A stretch of 64,000 nt of DNA from contig CM059438.1 of NCBI GenBank assembly GCA_030390025.1, positions 70,000,001 to 70,064,000 on the forward strand. Reading direction: 5' to 3'. Of this stretch, positions 12,297 to 24,317 are shown in pieces; position 1 is the stretch's first letter; every line of letters starts with the position of its first letter. The notes under the pieces are model-generated. The model made no database searches and was not told the origin of the DNA. It saw only the letters and a program-made list of their open reading frames with translations. Position numbers and translations under genes: made by a program. The stretch is from Squalus acanthias (Eukaryota).

Positions 12297-13149
12297 TATG
12301 TTTGTTACTTGTTGCTGTGCTTTGGTGAATCCAGAATGCACTGAAAGAAATTAGATTGCTTTACTTCGATGTGTATGTGAATTGATTGTCAAAATGTGCA
12401 GATGGGTGAGCCGACGATGAAGGTGAGCAGACAATGAATGCTGTCAGAAGAAGGAAATTGCAGCTTGATTTCAGTGAATGGTTTGACTCGGGGCCTGAAG
12501 ATTACAAGTGTGCTTATTTTGAGGAAATGAAATAAAATGGCTTGTACTGCACCTTGAATAGAGGCTATTCGATGACTGGCACTTAATTGTAAGGCACTGG
12601 TTCAACCAAGTGCTTCTGTGAGACTGTCTCTCTCTCGGGTAGTTTATGAATATCAGCAAAATTCCCAAATTGCATTCCTGCCTTAAAGCAGACTTTTATT
12701 TTTCTTCGCATCATATAGCCAACAGTTTAGTTTTTAAAGTGTTCGCCGGTTCTGTGTGGGACCCACAAACTTTGTTATTCCTGTAGGTGTGTGATTCCAA
12801 TCGGAAGGCAATTGATGGTCATTGCTGTCAGCCCTTGATTTTGTACATTTACCAAAGAAAGCATTTTAGAGCCAATTATTAACAACTTTAACATCACTCC
12901 TGGCATTTGAAATGATGTATTTTTGAAGAAAAATGGCCCATTTCTTCTTACAAGGAGAACTGACTGGTGCAGTGGACTAGCACACGGCTCTAGATTCCAA
13001 TTTAGCCCAAGGTAATTGGTTGAACAACTTTTCTCTGCTACTGAAAGGTTCTGTGTAAAATCTGTTTTGGCAGTCTCGATGCAATTCCTATTGAGTATGG
13101 ATTTGTAATACAAAACTCTCTCTAACTGGACTTTTCCTTATCAACTCGC

Positions 13150-13530
13150 TGGTGCTGACAGCAGATGCTCCTATAAATCATCGTGTCATCTCCGACCCAA
13201 CAGACCATGAACCAGGATTCAACTGGCCACTTCGTAGTTGGGCATTTCTGAACCGCTTTCGAACTGGACAGGGACAGTGCGCCTCAAATCGTCGCCGATG
13301 GGGCCTTTGTGACAATGACATCACCAGCAAAAAAAACTTGATGTTGCGTGTTCGGCAGAACTGATCAGTTCGGACCATCACATCACGCAGGCAGCAAGTC
13401 AGGCAGACTGCATCAAGCTGGTTGACTCATGCCCACGAACTAAACTATATGGTGGCCCTCGCGCTTTGCACGCTGCTGATGACAATGCTCTAATTATAGG
13501 CTGAGTCTACACACTAAATAAATAATAAAT
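13150..13530 (+). mobile_element. 3' fragment of an Ingi/Vingi-like LINE
   Basis: DPT..PGFNWPLRSWAFLNRFRTGQGQCASNRRRWG...VDSCPRTKLYGGPRALHAADD, then a (TAAA/TAA)n tail. Confidence 0.65.
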
Positions 13531-13619
13531 ACTTGGTATAATTTACCAATCTAACTTGGAGAGGCTTTTGAGGATTGATTGTGTGATAAGTGGAATTTTT
13601 ATATTGGTTGAAAATGGAC

Positions 13620-13796
13620 TCGGTCAATTGAAAATTTCAAAAAACTGAGATTGATAGATTTTTGTTAGGTAAGGGTATTAAGGGCTATGGAACCAAGGCA
13701 GGTAAATTGAGTTAAGATACAGATCAGCCATGATCTAATTGAATGGCAGAACAGGCTTGAGGGGCTGAATGGCCTACTCCTGTTCCTATGTTCCTA
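13620..13796 (+). mobile_element. CR1 3' end fragment
   Basis: gatcagccatgatct...gaatggcctactcctgttcctatg 3'-UTR. Confidence 0.85.
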
Positions 13797-14274
13797 AAAG
13801 TTGGCGTAGATGACAGAGAGTATTACTTCACAGCTGGCTTGTTGCACCCGAGTACTTCATGCTGACACTGGCACCTGGTCACTTTCTCAGCGGAAACATC
13901 CTTCAACCTGATCAGAAAAAAAACCTCACCCAATAAACAAAACCTCCGCAACAAGAATCTTTCCCTCAGCAGGCAGAATTCTACCTGGAGTGAAGATAGT
14001 TAAGAGAGGATCACATTGAAATACAAAATATGTTAAGTTGTCCAAGAGGAAAAAAATCCAAAATATTACTTTGAAATAAGACCTGAGGACGTAAGTGTAA
14101 ACTAATGAGCAATCAGATACCAGAAGGAACTTCACACAAAGGGTGGTAAATGTCTGAATAATCTTGTCTCAAAGGACAGTAGGCCCACAGATTTCAGGGG
14201 CTTTCAAAACACAACCGGAATCCCAAGCTCCAAGAGTCAAAATAGAAAGTAGGAAATAACTTGGATTTAGAGAC

Positions 14275-14690
14275 CATCTTATCACATTCTTGAGTCATCC
14301 CAAAATGTTTGACATCTAATAAACTACTTTTGAACTGCAGTCATTGTTATGTGGAAGCAAGTTTGTGCATTGCAAGAACCCACAAATTGCAAATCAGATG
14401 ATTGATCTATTTCTGTTGGTCTGAGAGATGAATGTTGGCCAGGGACATCAGGAGAACTCCCAGCCTTTCTTCAAATAGTGCCACTGGTCTTTCGCATCTT
14501 CTTGAACAGGGAGGCAGGACTTTGGTTCATCATCACGTCTGAAAGACAGCAGCTCTGACAATGCAGCACTCCCACAAGACTGCACTGGATTGTCAGCCTA
14601 GATTATGTTCTCAAATCCTGGAGTGCGGCTGGAACTCAACCTTCTGATTCACAGAGATGCAAATGTCAACAACTGAGCCCAGCTCACAAT
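14275..14690 (-). mobile_element. Degenerate Deu-domain SINE
   Basis: Reverse complement of the Deu domain (ctgacaatgcagcactccc...tgtcagcctagatt). Confidence 0.7.
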
Positions 14691-15619
14691 CTAGAAGGTC
14701 GCGCTGTGGTCGGCTGAATAGCATCATCTTGCCCTTGACATTTCTTAGATTAATTTGCTTTGACAGGGCAGACTTCATCTGAGCTTTTTCCCAACAATTG
14801 GGAACTTGATTTTCAAAGAAATAGCTAGCTTTGGACTGTACGGTTGCAGTGAATTATCTTTTACAAATAAAGAACTATTTCTGGCTCTTTGAAGAGATTC
14901 TGCAAAACCCCCTGTTCCTGGAACTGCCTGCTCTGAAAACTATACCATGTTCCGGTGGGTCGACGGAAGGAAACTGTGTGTGTCTTTTTGTATCGTGAGT
15001 ACCTTTCGCAGTGCAGACTTTCCGAATGTGCTTTTCTTTAATCTTTACTTTTATTAATCCAAGCTAAGCGAACCAGATTTGGCTGTGGCAATTGTCGATC
15101 GCACTGAGCCGCCTTCCTGTTCCTAAACAACACACACCTTACCATGATACCATTATCCCCGATCGCGTTCAACTCAGCTTAGATAAAGAGTGCTGATGAC
15201 ATTATCTGAGGAAGTGGCTTTGGAAGCGTGTGCAAGTCTGACAATGAAAGCAATCTGAAAGAACATCCATCAAGATACGGCCATTAATCTGGGATAATTT
15301 AGCAACTGTGTCACTTCAATTGCATGAGTTACTAACCAATTGCTCCCAGCCAGTGCGGAAGAAATTCGTTGTCAAACACTATACACGGCAAGGAGCTGTG
15401 ACTGCCAATCTAGGTTAGAATACATCAGAGCCCTTAAAAAGAAAATCCAACAGTTTTTAAAAACACCTTTGACTAATGATAAAGGTTCATCTTCATAAAA
15501 AACATGGTACATTTAAGCTTTTTCTTCTTTGCAAGCCACAGAGTACAGTGATGTAAATAACGTGGAAATGACTCATCAAAGAGGGGGAGTCAGTCTCTAG
15601 GTGCTGTGGAACATAGGAA

Positions 15620-16510
15620 TTTGTGAAGAGGAAATAAGGAGGCTACAAAGGGATACAGATATGTTAAGTGAGTGGGCAAATATCTGGCAAATGGAGTATA
15701 ATGTGGGAAAATGTGAAATTGTCCATTTTAGCAGGAAGAATAAAAATGAAGCATATTATATAAATGGTGAGAGATTGCAGAGCTCTGAGATGCAGAACAA
15801 TCTGGGTGTCCTAGTGCATGAATCGCAAAAGGTTAGTCTGCAGGTACAGCAAGTAATTAGGAAAGCTAATAGAATGTTATTGTTTATTGCGAGGGGAATT
15901 GAACACAAAAGTAAGGAGGTTATGCTTCAGTTATACAGGGTATTGGTGAGACCACATCTGGAGTACTGTGTACAGTATTGGTCTCCTTATTTAAGGAAGG
16001 ATGTAAATGCGTTGGAAGCAGTTCAGGGAAGGTTCACTAGACTAATACCTGGAATGGGCGGGTTGTCTTATGAGGAAAGGTTGGACAGGCTAGGCTTGTA
16101 TCTGCTGGAGTTTAGAAGAGTAAGAGGTGACTTGATTGAAACATATAAGATCCTGAGGGGTCTTGACAGGGTGGATGTGGAGAGGATGTTTCCTCTTGTG
16201 GGAGAATCTAGAACTAGGGGTCACTGTTTAAAAATAAGGGGTTGCCCATTTAAGACAGAGATGAGGAGAAATTTTTTCTCAGAGGGTCGTGAGTCTTTGG
16301 AACTCGCTTCCTCAGAGGGCGGTGGAAGCAGAGTCTTTGAATATTTTTAAGGCAGAGGTAGATAGATTCTTGATAAGCAAGGGGGTGAAAGGTTATCGGG
16401 GGTAGGCGGGAATGTGGAGTAATCAGATCAGCCATGATCTTATTGAATGGCGGAGCAGGCTCGAGGGGCCGAGTGGCCTACTCCTGCTCCTAATTCGTAT
16501 GTTCGTATGA
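15620..16510 (+). mobile_element. 5'-truncated CR1 (RT C-terminus + 3'-UTR)
   Basis: [34 protein letters not shown]; tail tcgtatgttcgtatg. Confidence 0.93.
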
Positions 16511-16870
16511 ATAAGAGTAGACCATTCAGCCCCTCTAACCTGTTCTGCAATTCAATTAGAACATGGCTGATCTGTACCTTAACCCCATTTACCCCCCTTC
16601 GATACATTTACCTTACTACCTTTTCCGAGCAAAAGTCTATCGATCTCTGTCTTGAAAGCTTCAATTGACTCAGCATCCACAGCAATGTTCCCCTTTAAGC
16701 TACCTGGCTGCACAGTGCACCAGGGAACCCGCGCAGCCGGCTTTTCAATGTAAAAACCACGAATGCACAGCATTTTGAATAGCCCACGCAGCCCCTTAAA
16801 GGGGCCGCACAGGGCCAAAAGGAATTACAGGGAACATTGATACACAGCCCTCTGGGGGTAGAGAGTTCCA
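16511..16870 (-). mobile_element. CR1 3' fragment interrupted by a hAT MITE
   Basis: Antisense CR1 3'-UTR; gcatccacag|ccctctgggggtagagagttcc is split by the insertion. Confidence 0.75.
16683..16839. mobile_element. 157-bp non-autonomous hAT MITE
   Basis: TIR caatgttccc/gggaacattg; 8-bp TSD atccacag/atacacag (7/8). Confidence 0.8.
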
Positions 16871-17516
16871 TATTTTTACTATCCATTGTGTCTAATAAAT
16901 TCGTAAATGCGTCGTATGCAAAGCAGTTTATGATTGTGTCACAAAGCACACAGAGAACTCTTCCCCCATGCCAGTTGTACATGATCTCATTAGGATGAAA
17001 ATTACACTTGGCTTCCTTCCCTCCCTCCCTACAAAGAAGGTATTTTTCATGATGACAGTGCTCCTTTAAGACTTCCCCCCCCTCCACATCCCTGATGTAC
17101 GAGGAAGGTGCATTAGCACTCACAGTTGATGCTGAATCATCCTTGGGCTGATGAGTTAACCAATGCTCGTAGTATTTCAGCTCCTTCACGGTCAGCCTCA
17201 GCAACTCTTTCAGACCAGGAAGTACCTGCCAGTGATGATAATCGACACTCACTGTTTTTTTTAAAAAAAGAACAAAGCAAAGATGCTGATTATAGTGCTG
17301 CGTAAGTATGATTTTTAAAGGATTCTGAAGGTGAAGACTTCTTTAATGAAGTCTTGCAGGAGCCAGAGGAATTGTAAGGGTAATACATGGACCGATTAGA
17401 AGGAGGACAAAGCGGAGTCGAAAGGGTTTATAAACCAAAGCAGCCGGTGCAGAGTGATTGTTGGTGTTGGTTGTTCTTTTCTGGCAATTAGTTGACCACA
17501 GCTGAGAGACTGCTGT

Positions 17517-17533
17517 TGCTGCCCTCTAGTGTT
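17517..17533 (-). promoter_or_regulatory. Candidate CTCF site
   Basis: Reverse complement aacactagagggcagca closely matches the CTCF core CCACYAGRKGGCRS; lies in unique sequence. Confidence 0.5.
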
Positions 17534-17833
17534 ATTAATGGGGATAACCGAGGCTGGTTGTAGGTTCGAGCAGATGCTGGGAGAGAAATGTTTATTGAGA
17601 GAATGGATTTAATAATTCACCAGAAATTATAGCTCAATTAACAAAAATATTAAAAGCTATGTTGTGGAGGGTTCTATCATTAGTGGAGAGTATTTGGCAC
17701 AGTACTGTTTTGTTTTGAACACAATTTTGAAATGATATTCCTTTCTGTTATATTGAGAAAGTGTTGTAACAGTGGAAATTCAGTTTGTTAGCTCAGCTAG
17801 TTACTGTCTGCTGTGGCACTGAGGTATACACAG

Positions 17834-20367
17834 TAGGGTTGCAAAATTCTGGGAATTTTTAAAAGAGGAAACTTTCCATGGGAATTTTTGGGAATTTATG
17901 GGAATTTTGGGAAATTATGGGAATTTTGAGGTTTTTTGCACACTGATGGTTTTGGTCTCTGACCCTTATATTATGTTTGTCATCAAAATAGACATACTGT
18001 TCCATACAAATAAAAACAGCTTATTTAGCCTGTAATTTGTCCTTATTTTGTCCCTTTGAGTCTTCTACTCATGAGTCTTCTGACTCTTCTACTCATCATT
18101 GCTCCTCCTGATTCTCTGACTCTCGCTCTGACGTGTCCATTTCCTCCTCTGTGTCACTGTCTAGCTGTGTGGTGGACACTTCTGTATCTGGCTCAATAAG
18201 TTGTAGGTTCGCCCGGATAGCCACCAGTTTCTCCACTCTCTTGTTAGTCAGCCTGTTGCGCACCTTTGTATGCGTATTCCCAAAAAGTGACCAGTTTCGT
18301 TCAGAGGCCGCTGATGAAGGTGGGATTTGGAGTATCACCGATGCAATGGGTGACAGGGCCTCAGATGCACAAAGTCCCTTCCACCAGGTATGTGCACTGA
18401 TAGGCTTGCATGATTCCCATATCCCGTCCCCATTCCAAAGACCTTGCTTGGTAGAGAACTTTGCCAGACTTCCCAGAACTTTGCCCACGTCCAGATTGAG
18501 GTGGCATGAGAGGGTAGAAATCACACTGTAAGCGCTGTTGATCTGTTCTCCAGAAAGTATTGTCTCCCAACATGCTTTGGGTCCAGCATGTATGCTGCAG
18601 CATGAATCGGCTTGACACAAAATTCTTGACGCGTCTGTATGAATTGAACAATTGCCTTCTCCTCTGCTTTGAGCAGTAGGGATGTGGGTAGGGCAATGCT
18701 GATTTGTTCTTTCAAATCAGCAAAAAGCCTGAGAACATCTGACAAGACAGCGTCATCTCCTTCAATCTGAGCAATTGCAGATACTACTGGTGAGAGTAGT
18801 TTAAGGGTGCTAACCACTCTCTCCCAAAACACATCATCCAGCAGTATTTTCTTGATGGTGGTTTCCATATCCCCAGACTGGGATATTGCCATTTCTTGCA
18901 GCGACTCCTTACCCTCCAGAAGGCTGTTGTACATTATGACAACGCCACCCCATCTAGTGTTGCTGGGCAGCTTCAGTGCGGTGTTCTTGTTCTTTGTCGT
19001 TTGCTTGGAGTTGTAGGTTGCTGCAACTACCTGTTTTCCCCTGACATACTTAACAACTTACTTGGCTCTCTTGTACAGTGTTTCCATGGTTCTCAAACCC
19101 ATGATGTCCTTGAGGAGCAGGTTGAGCCCATGAGCTGCGCACCCAATAGACGTAATATGAGGGTAGGCCTCCTCCACTTGAACACAAGCAGCCTTCATAT
19201 TCGCAGCATTGTCAGTAACTACTGCAAAGACCTTTTGTGATCCAAGATCGTTGATGACTGCTTTCAGCTCATCAGCAATGTATGTGCCTGTGTGTCTGTT
19301 GTCCTTCGTGTCTGTGCTCTTGAAGAACACTGGGAGAGGAGTGGCGACGATGTAGTTTATGATGCCCTCCCCTCGTACATTTGACCACCCATCTGAGATA
19401 ACTGCAACACAGTCTGCCATCTCTATCGTTTCTTTGAGCTTTCCTTGGACCCTGTTATACTAAGCCTCCAGCAAATAAGTAGACAAAGCAGGTCTGGTGG
19501 GAGGACAGTATGCAGGGCGAATAACATTGAAAAATCTATTCCAGTTCACACTGGCTGTGAGCATGAGGGGTGAGCCTGTCGCATATACAGCTCGAGCAAG
19601 GCACTCATCTGCATTCTTCTGGCTATGGTTATCCATTGTATCAAAGAACCTTCCAAATGGGCCAGGAGTTTCTGATGATAGGGAGCCTGATGCTGAATGT
19701 GAACCATCATCTTCTTGAATAGAAGCAGAGGAACTCTGGGCTGACTGCTGTGAGCTTTGAGTGAAGTTGTTGCATTTGGATAAATGCTGCTGCATCTTTG
19801 TGGCATTCTTTACATATGGCTTTGTACAGTGTTTGCACATGTACACAGTCTTTCCATCTTTAATGCCTGGGGTAAAATGCTTCCACACATCCGATGGTAA
19901 ACGTGGCATTGTTCTATGCAGAGAAATAAAGGGCATTCGTCTCTGTGTCGACCTGTGGTGGATCAGCACGATTGCAACAGGGTGAGTAAATTTTTCCTGA
20001 TGCTCCATGTAATGGAAGCATGACCTGTGCACGCACGTCGCTACATCACCAATAGAGGGAGCTAATCGCTCATCCACTCATCCAACCAATCAGGACACAT
20101 TTGTTCACAGTCACACACAAAACTTGTAATTATTAAAACAAGCCAAGTAAGAAGATAAACATATATTGATTAAGAAATTCCTTAATAATTAAGATTCCAT
20201 CTCTGTTAGTAATTTTAAGAGAGGACCTGTGGAAAAAAAAGAAAGAAATACAAAACAAAACTATATTATGCTAGCATGTGGTTTTTATGGGCAAAATTCC
20301 CAAGCTAAACTTCCCGTGAAAAATTTCCGTAAATTTACCGGAAACTTTCCACCCCTTCGTAACCCTA
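17834..20367 (-). mobile_element. Complete autonomous-type hAT DNA transposon (2534 bp)
   Basis: TIRs tagggttgc / gtaacccta, perfect 8-bp TSD atacacag (17826-17833, 20368-20375), subterminal gggaattt repeats, single transposase gene. Confidence 0.95.
18096..19909 (-). pseudogene. hAT transposase (BED finger, DUF659-type DDE core, hATC dimerisation domain), ~600 codons, 2 stops + 1 frameshift
   Basis: MPRLPSDVWKHF..CKHC..HLSKC; SDGW; VTDNAANM; CAAH; TRWGG; SSAASERNWS. Stops at 19460 and 19058, frameshift ~18570. Confidence 0.93.
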
Positions 20368-20720
20368 ATACACAGATGTGAAATGTTCCAAGCTTTGATT
20401 CCTAGATGTGCTGAGTTACTTGATCTCAGTGGAAGTGGCTGTAGGGATCCCGCTATTGGCCATGCTACCCCTCAACTTAGGAGAGGAAAAATCAGTCAGG
20501 GTTCCCGCTCCTCATCGCTGTCAGGTGATAGCTGCTGAAAGTTCACTGGTGTGGATATGGTTCAACTGTGATGCTTCCATGATCAACTAAGATGCCAACA
20601 ATTGCTCGAGGATCACATGTGAAAAATGGCTGCTTGGGCAGGCAAGCTGAGCATTGCTGGGCACCTGTTGAAGAGTCCCGCACCAAGGGGCCAGGGCCTT
20701 CAGGAGAGAACGTTGAGGCA
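20368..20720 (+). mobile_element. Old tRNA-derived SINE (possibly AmnSINE2-like); head at ~17785-17833 split off by the hAT
   Basis: gtgctgagttacttgatctcag...aaatcagtcagggttcccgctcct recurs at ~31862-32042 (+), ~59860-60075 (+) and ~24600-24790 (-). Family name unverified. Confidence 0.55.
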
Positions 20721-21844
20721 GAGTAATAAGCTTTTTTTTTTAAAGGAATAACTGAAAATTTACACCTCGGTGTTTTAGATATTCACCCCACGAGTATTGT
20801 AGAAAGTGCCTCTGTAAATGAGGCAACAAAGCCTCCAACATCTGACTAGATCACAGAGCAGCATCCAGAGTAAGCATCAAAGGCGGTGACATGCTTAATT
20901 CAAAAGAAAAGTTCGGTGAAATCTGAAATGTGTTCTTGTTCCTCTGGAGGGTATGGTTTTTGAAACATTACCATTTAATAGAAAAAACTATTTGGTTGAA
21001 CTCACCTTCATTGACCGGTCCCCACTCCATCCAAATAGCCTGGAATGTGTCTGGCACAACAGTCAGACTATCGGCTCTGTCACTTTTCCCTTGGACCATC
21101 TGTAGAATGGGGACAGACAGCAACTTGGTGCAAATGACAGCTTCAGCTTTGGCAGCCCGTGCACTTGCAACTTGACAGCCTTGGCAAGGGAGCAGAAATG
21201 TAACTCTGCAAGGTTTTAATGTAAAGAATAAAAAGAGGAGGGTGATAATAAATTGTAAATGGACAGTTTTTGGTAAAGGATGGTAGACCAGCAGCTTGAT
21301 TAGTCAAGGCACACTCTTCTTACTTTTAGACTGAGGAAAAAAACCAAATCGATATTCATTGGAAGTTTCCACACACATTTATGATTGAACCTTCTGTCTG
21401 CAATAACAGCCAAATGACTGTTCAAGGCCATGTGCCAGTCTAACATGACTCCTGAATGATGCTGCTCTTGGGAGCCGTATTCTTCAGCTGAAATGCAATG
21501 CTGCATGTAAAACTTTTTCTTGACGTTTGTGACAAAGTCCCTCCAGTTGCATCAAGTCAGTGTGGTGCAGCACTAAGTGAAGACTAGATTTATCATAAAC
21601 AGGAGGTGACTAAATTAACAACCGTACGGTGGTTTGAAAATAAACATCCGCGTTATCAAAAAGGTTTCAAAACAGTTTTTTTTTAATTTCTGTGTTTGAG
21701 GTGGGCTTTTCCAAACACAACTGATATTTGACCTCTCATCTTTGACCTGCAACACCAGGCGATCAAAATCTGCTGGGTGGCATAAGAATGGATGAGAATA
21801 TGCTTATGTGAACATCAGAAGATGACGGGATCAAATTCATGCTC

Positions 21845-22305
21845 AAATGGTACCAGGGATGCGGGGTTTCAGTTATCTGGAGAGACTAGAGAAGCTGGGA
21901 TTTTTCTCCTCAGAGCAGAGACGGTTAAGGGGAGATTTAATAGAGGTGCTCAAAATTACGCGGGGTTTTGATAGAGGAGATAGAGAGAAACTGTTTCCAC
22001 TGACAGGCGGGTTGGTGACCAGAGGACACAGATTTAAAATAATTGGCAAAAAAGCCAGGGGTGAGATGAGGAGAATTTGTTTTACGCAGTGAGTTGTTAT
22101 GATCTGGAATGCACTGCCTAAAAGGGTGGTGGAAGCAGATTTAACAGCAACTTTCAAAAGGCAATTTGATCTGCACATAAAAAGGAATCATTTGCAGGAC
22201 TATGGGGAAAGAGCAGGGGAGTGGGACTAATTGGATAGCTCTTTCAAAGAGCGAGCAGAGACTTGATGGGCCGAATGGCCTCCTTCTGTGCTGTTTCATT
22301 CTATG
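21845..22305 (+). mobile_element. CR1 3' fragment
   Basis: PGMRGFSYLERLEKLG..RGDLIEV; tail gggccgaatggcctccttctgtgctg. Confidence 0.9.
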
Positions 22306-22484
22306 CTCGACTGTGATATCCTCCACGGTCGCACAACCTCTCAACACATAGTTCGCACGTGAATAATAGGCACCAAGGTGATATAGTAGCAGGCGACTGC
22401 TGCAACATGGAAAAGCACCCTTGCAAGACAATCATTACCCACACAAGAGGAGATGTGTATATTGGTGGTCAGCTTCCTCAGAGG

Positions 22485-24317
22485 TAGGGTTGCCAACTCT
22501 GGTTGGACATATTCCTGGAGGTTTCATCACCTGACCTGCCTCCAACTGCCCCGCCCCCACAGTCTCGCCATTGGTCACCCGACATGTCCATCGTCACGGT
22601 GCACTGCCTTCCCACGCCAATTGGAAAGTGATAACCCGATAGGATAATTCTTGACTGTCAATTAAACAGCAGTTGTTCCCCCCATGTCCAATATTTTTAT
22701 AACTAGTAAAGAAAAGTGTTCAAAGATTTCTTTTAAAAACACCATTTTTTTTTAAACTCCCTACAATTTTTCTCCTGTGTTTTTTTTTATTCGTTTCTGG
22801 GATCAGGGCGTCACTGGCAAGGCCAGCATTTATTGCCCATCCCTAGTTGCCCTTGAGAAGGTGGTGGTGAGCCGCCTTCTTGAATCGCTGCAGTCCGTGT
22901 GGTGAAGGTACTCCCACAGTGCTGTTAGGTAGGGAGTTCCAGGATTTTGACCCAGCGACGATGAAGGATTGGCGATATACTTCTAAGTCAGGATGGTGTG
23001 TGACTTGGAGGGGAACTTGGAGGTGGTGGTGTTCCCATGCGCATGCTGCCCTTGTCCTGCTAGGTGGAAGAGGTCGCGGGTTTGGGAGGTGCTGCCGAAG
23101 AAGCCTTGGCGAGTTGCTGCAGTGCATCCTGTAGATGGTACACACTGCAGCCACGGTACGCCGGTGGTGGAGGGAGTGAATGTTTAAGGTGGTGGATGGG
23201 GTGCCAATCAAGCGGGCTGCTTTGTCCTGGATGGTGTCGAGCTTCTTGAGTGTTGTTGGAGCTACACTCATCCAGGCAAGTGGAGAGTATTCCATCACAC
23301 TCCTTACTTGTGCCTTATGGATGGTGGAAAGGCTTTGGGGAGTCAGGAGGTGAGACACTCGCCGCAGAATACCTAGCCTCTGACCTGCTCTTGTTGCCAC
23401 AGTATTTATGTGGCTGGTCCAGTTAAGTTTCTGGTTAATGGTGACCCCTAGGATGTTGATAGTGGGGGATTCGGTGATGGTAATGCCATTGAATGTCAAG
23501 GGGAGGTGGTTAGACTCTCGCTTGTTGGAGATAGTCATTGCCTGGCACTTCTGTGGCGCAAATGTTACCTGCCACTTATCAGCCCAAGCCTGAACGTCAT
23601 CCAGGTCTTGTTGCATGCGGGCATGGACTGCTTCATTATCTGTGGAGTTGCGAATGGCGCTGAACACTGAGCAGTCATCAGCGAACATCCCCATTTCTGA
23701 CCTTATGTTGGAGGGAAGGTCATTGATGAAGCAGCTGAAGATGGTTGGGCCTAAGACACTGCCCTGAGGAACTCCTGCAGCGATGTCCTGGGGCTGTGAT
23801 GATTGACCTTCAACCACCACAACCATTTTCCTTTGTGCTAGGTATGACTCCAGCCAGTGGCGCATTTTCCCCCTGATTCCCATTGACTTCAGTTTTACTA
23901 GGGCTCCTTGATGCCAGACTCGGTCAAATGCTGCCTTGATGTCAAGGGCAGTCACTCTCACCTCACCTCTGGAATTCAGCTCCTTTGTCCATGTTTGGAC
24001 CAAGGCTGTAATGAGGTCGGGAGCCGAGTGGTCTTGGCGGGACCCAAACTGAGCATCAGTGAGCAGGTTATTGGTGAGTAAGTGCCGCTTGAAAGCACTG
24101 TCGATGACACCTTCCATCACTTTGCTGATGATTGAGAGTAGACTGATGGGGCGATAATTGGCCGTGGTCGGATTTGTCCTGCTTTTTGTGGACAGGACAT
24201 ACCTGGGCAGTTTTCCACACTGTCGGATAGATGCCAGTGTTCCTCGCAGCAGTGTCCTGGATGCTAGTCTTCAATTCCTGAAGACTCCAGGACAATCCTG
24301 GAGGGTTGGAAACCTTA
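22485..24317. mobile_element. Non-autonomous hAT (TAGGGTTGCCA ends) interrupted by a LINE
   Basis: Ends tagggttgccaactct / agggttggaaacctta; TSD ctcagagg/cacagagg (7/8). Confidence 0.8.
22787..24241 (-). mobile_element. 5'-truncated CR1-group LINE of a second lineage, open 425-aa RT/C-terminal frame
   Basis: LDIKAAFDRV, GVPQGSVLGP, FADD, VRSVMEYS; A-rich tail; nested in the hAT MITE. Confidence 0.92.

Noticed and set aside
12395..12430. ADDE-coding stretch as the upstream ASTN2 exon
   Set aside because: Preceded by an in-frame TGA and lacks the expected LTFYT..YRSRRRS continuation.
14895..14994. Possible exon with accATG...atc|gtgagt (MFRWVDGRKLCVSFCI)
   Set aside because: Weak acceptor, phase incompatible with the phase-1 ASTN2 exon, no homology recognised.
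17148..17175. ctgatgag...ctcgtag as a hammerhead ribozyme
   Set aside because: Lacks the required GAAA core.
16695..17252. 185-aa minus-strand ORF
   Set aside because: Runs through a MITE and a CR1 fragment; no recognisable domain.
22843..24120. Open 425-aa RT ORF as a domesticated gene
   Set aside because: 5'-truncated, frameshifted just upstream and nested in a MITE; a young insertion explains it.
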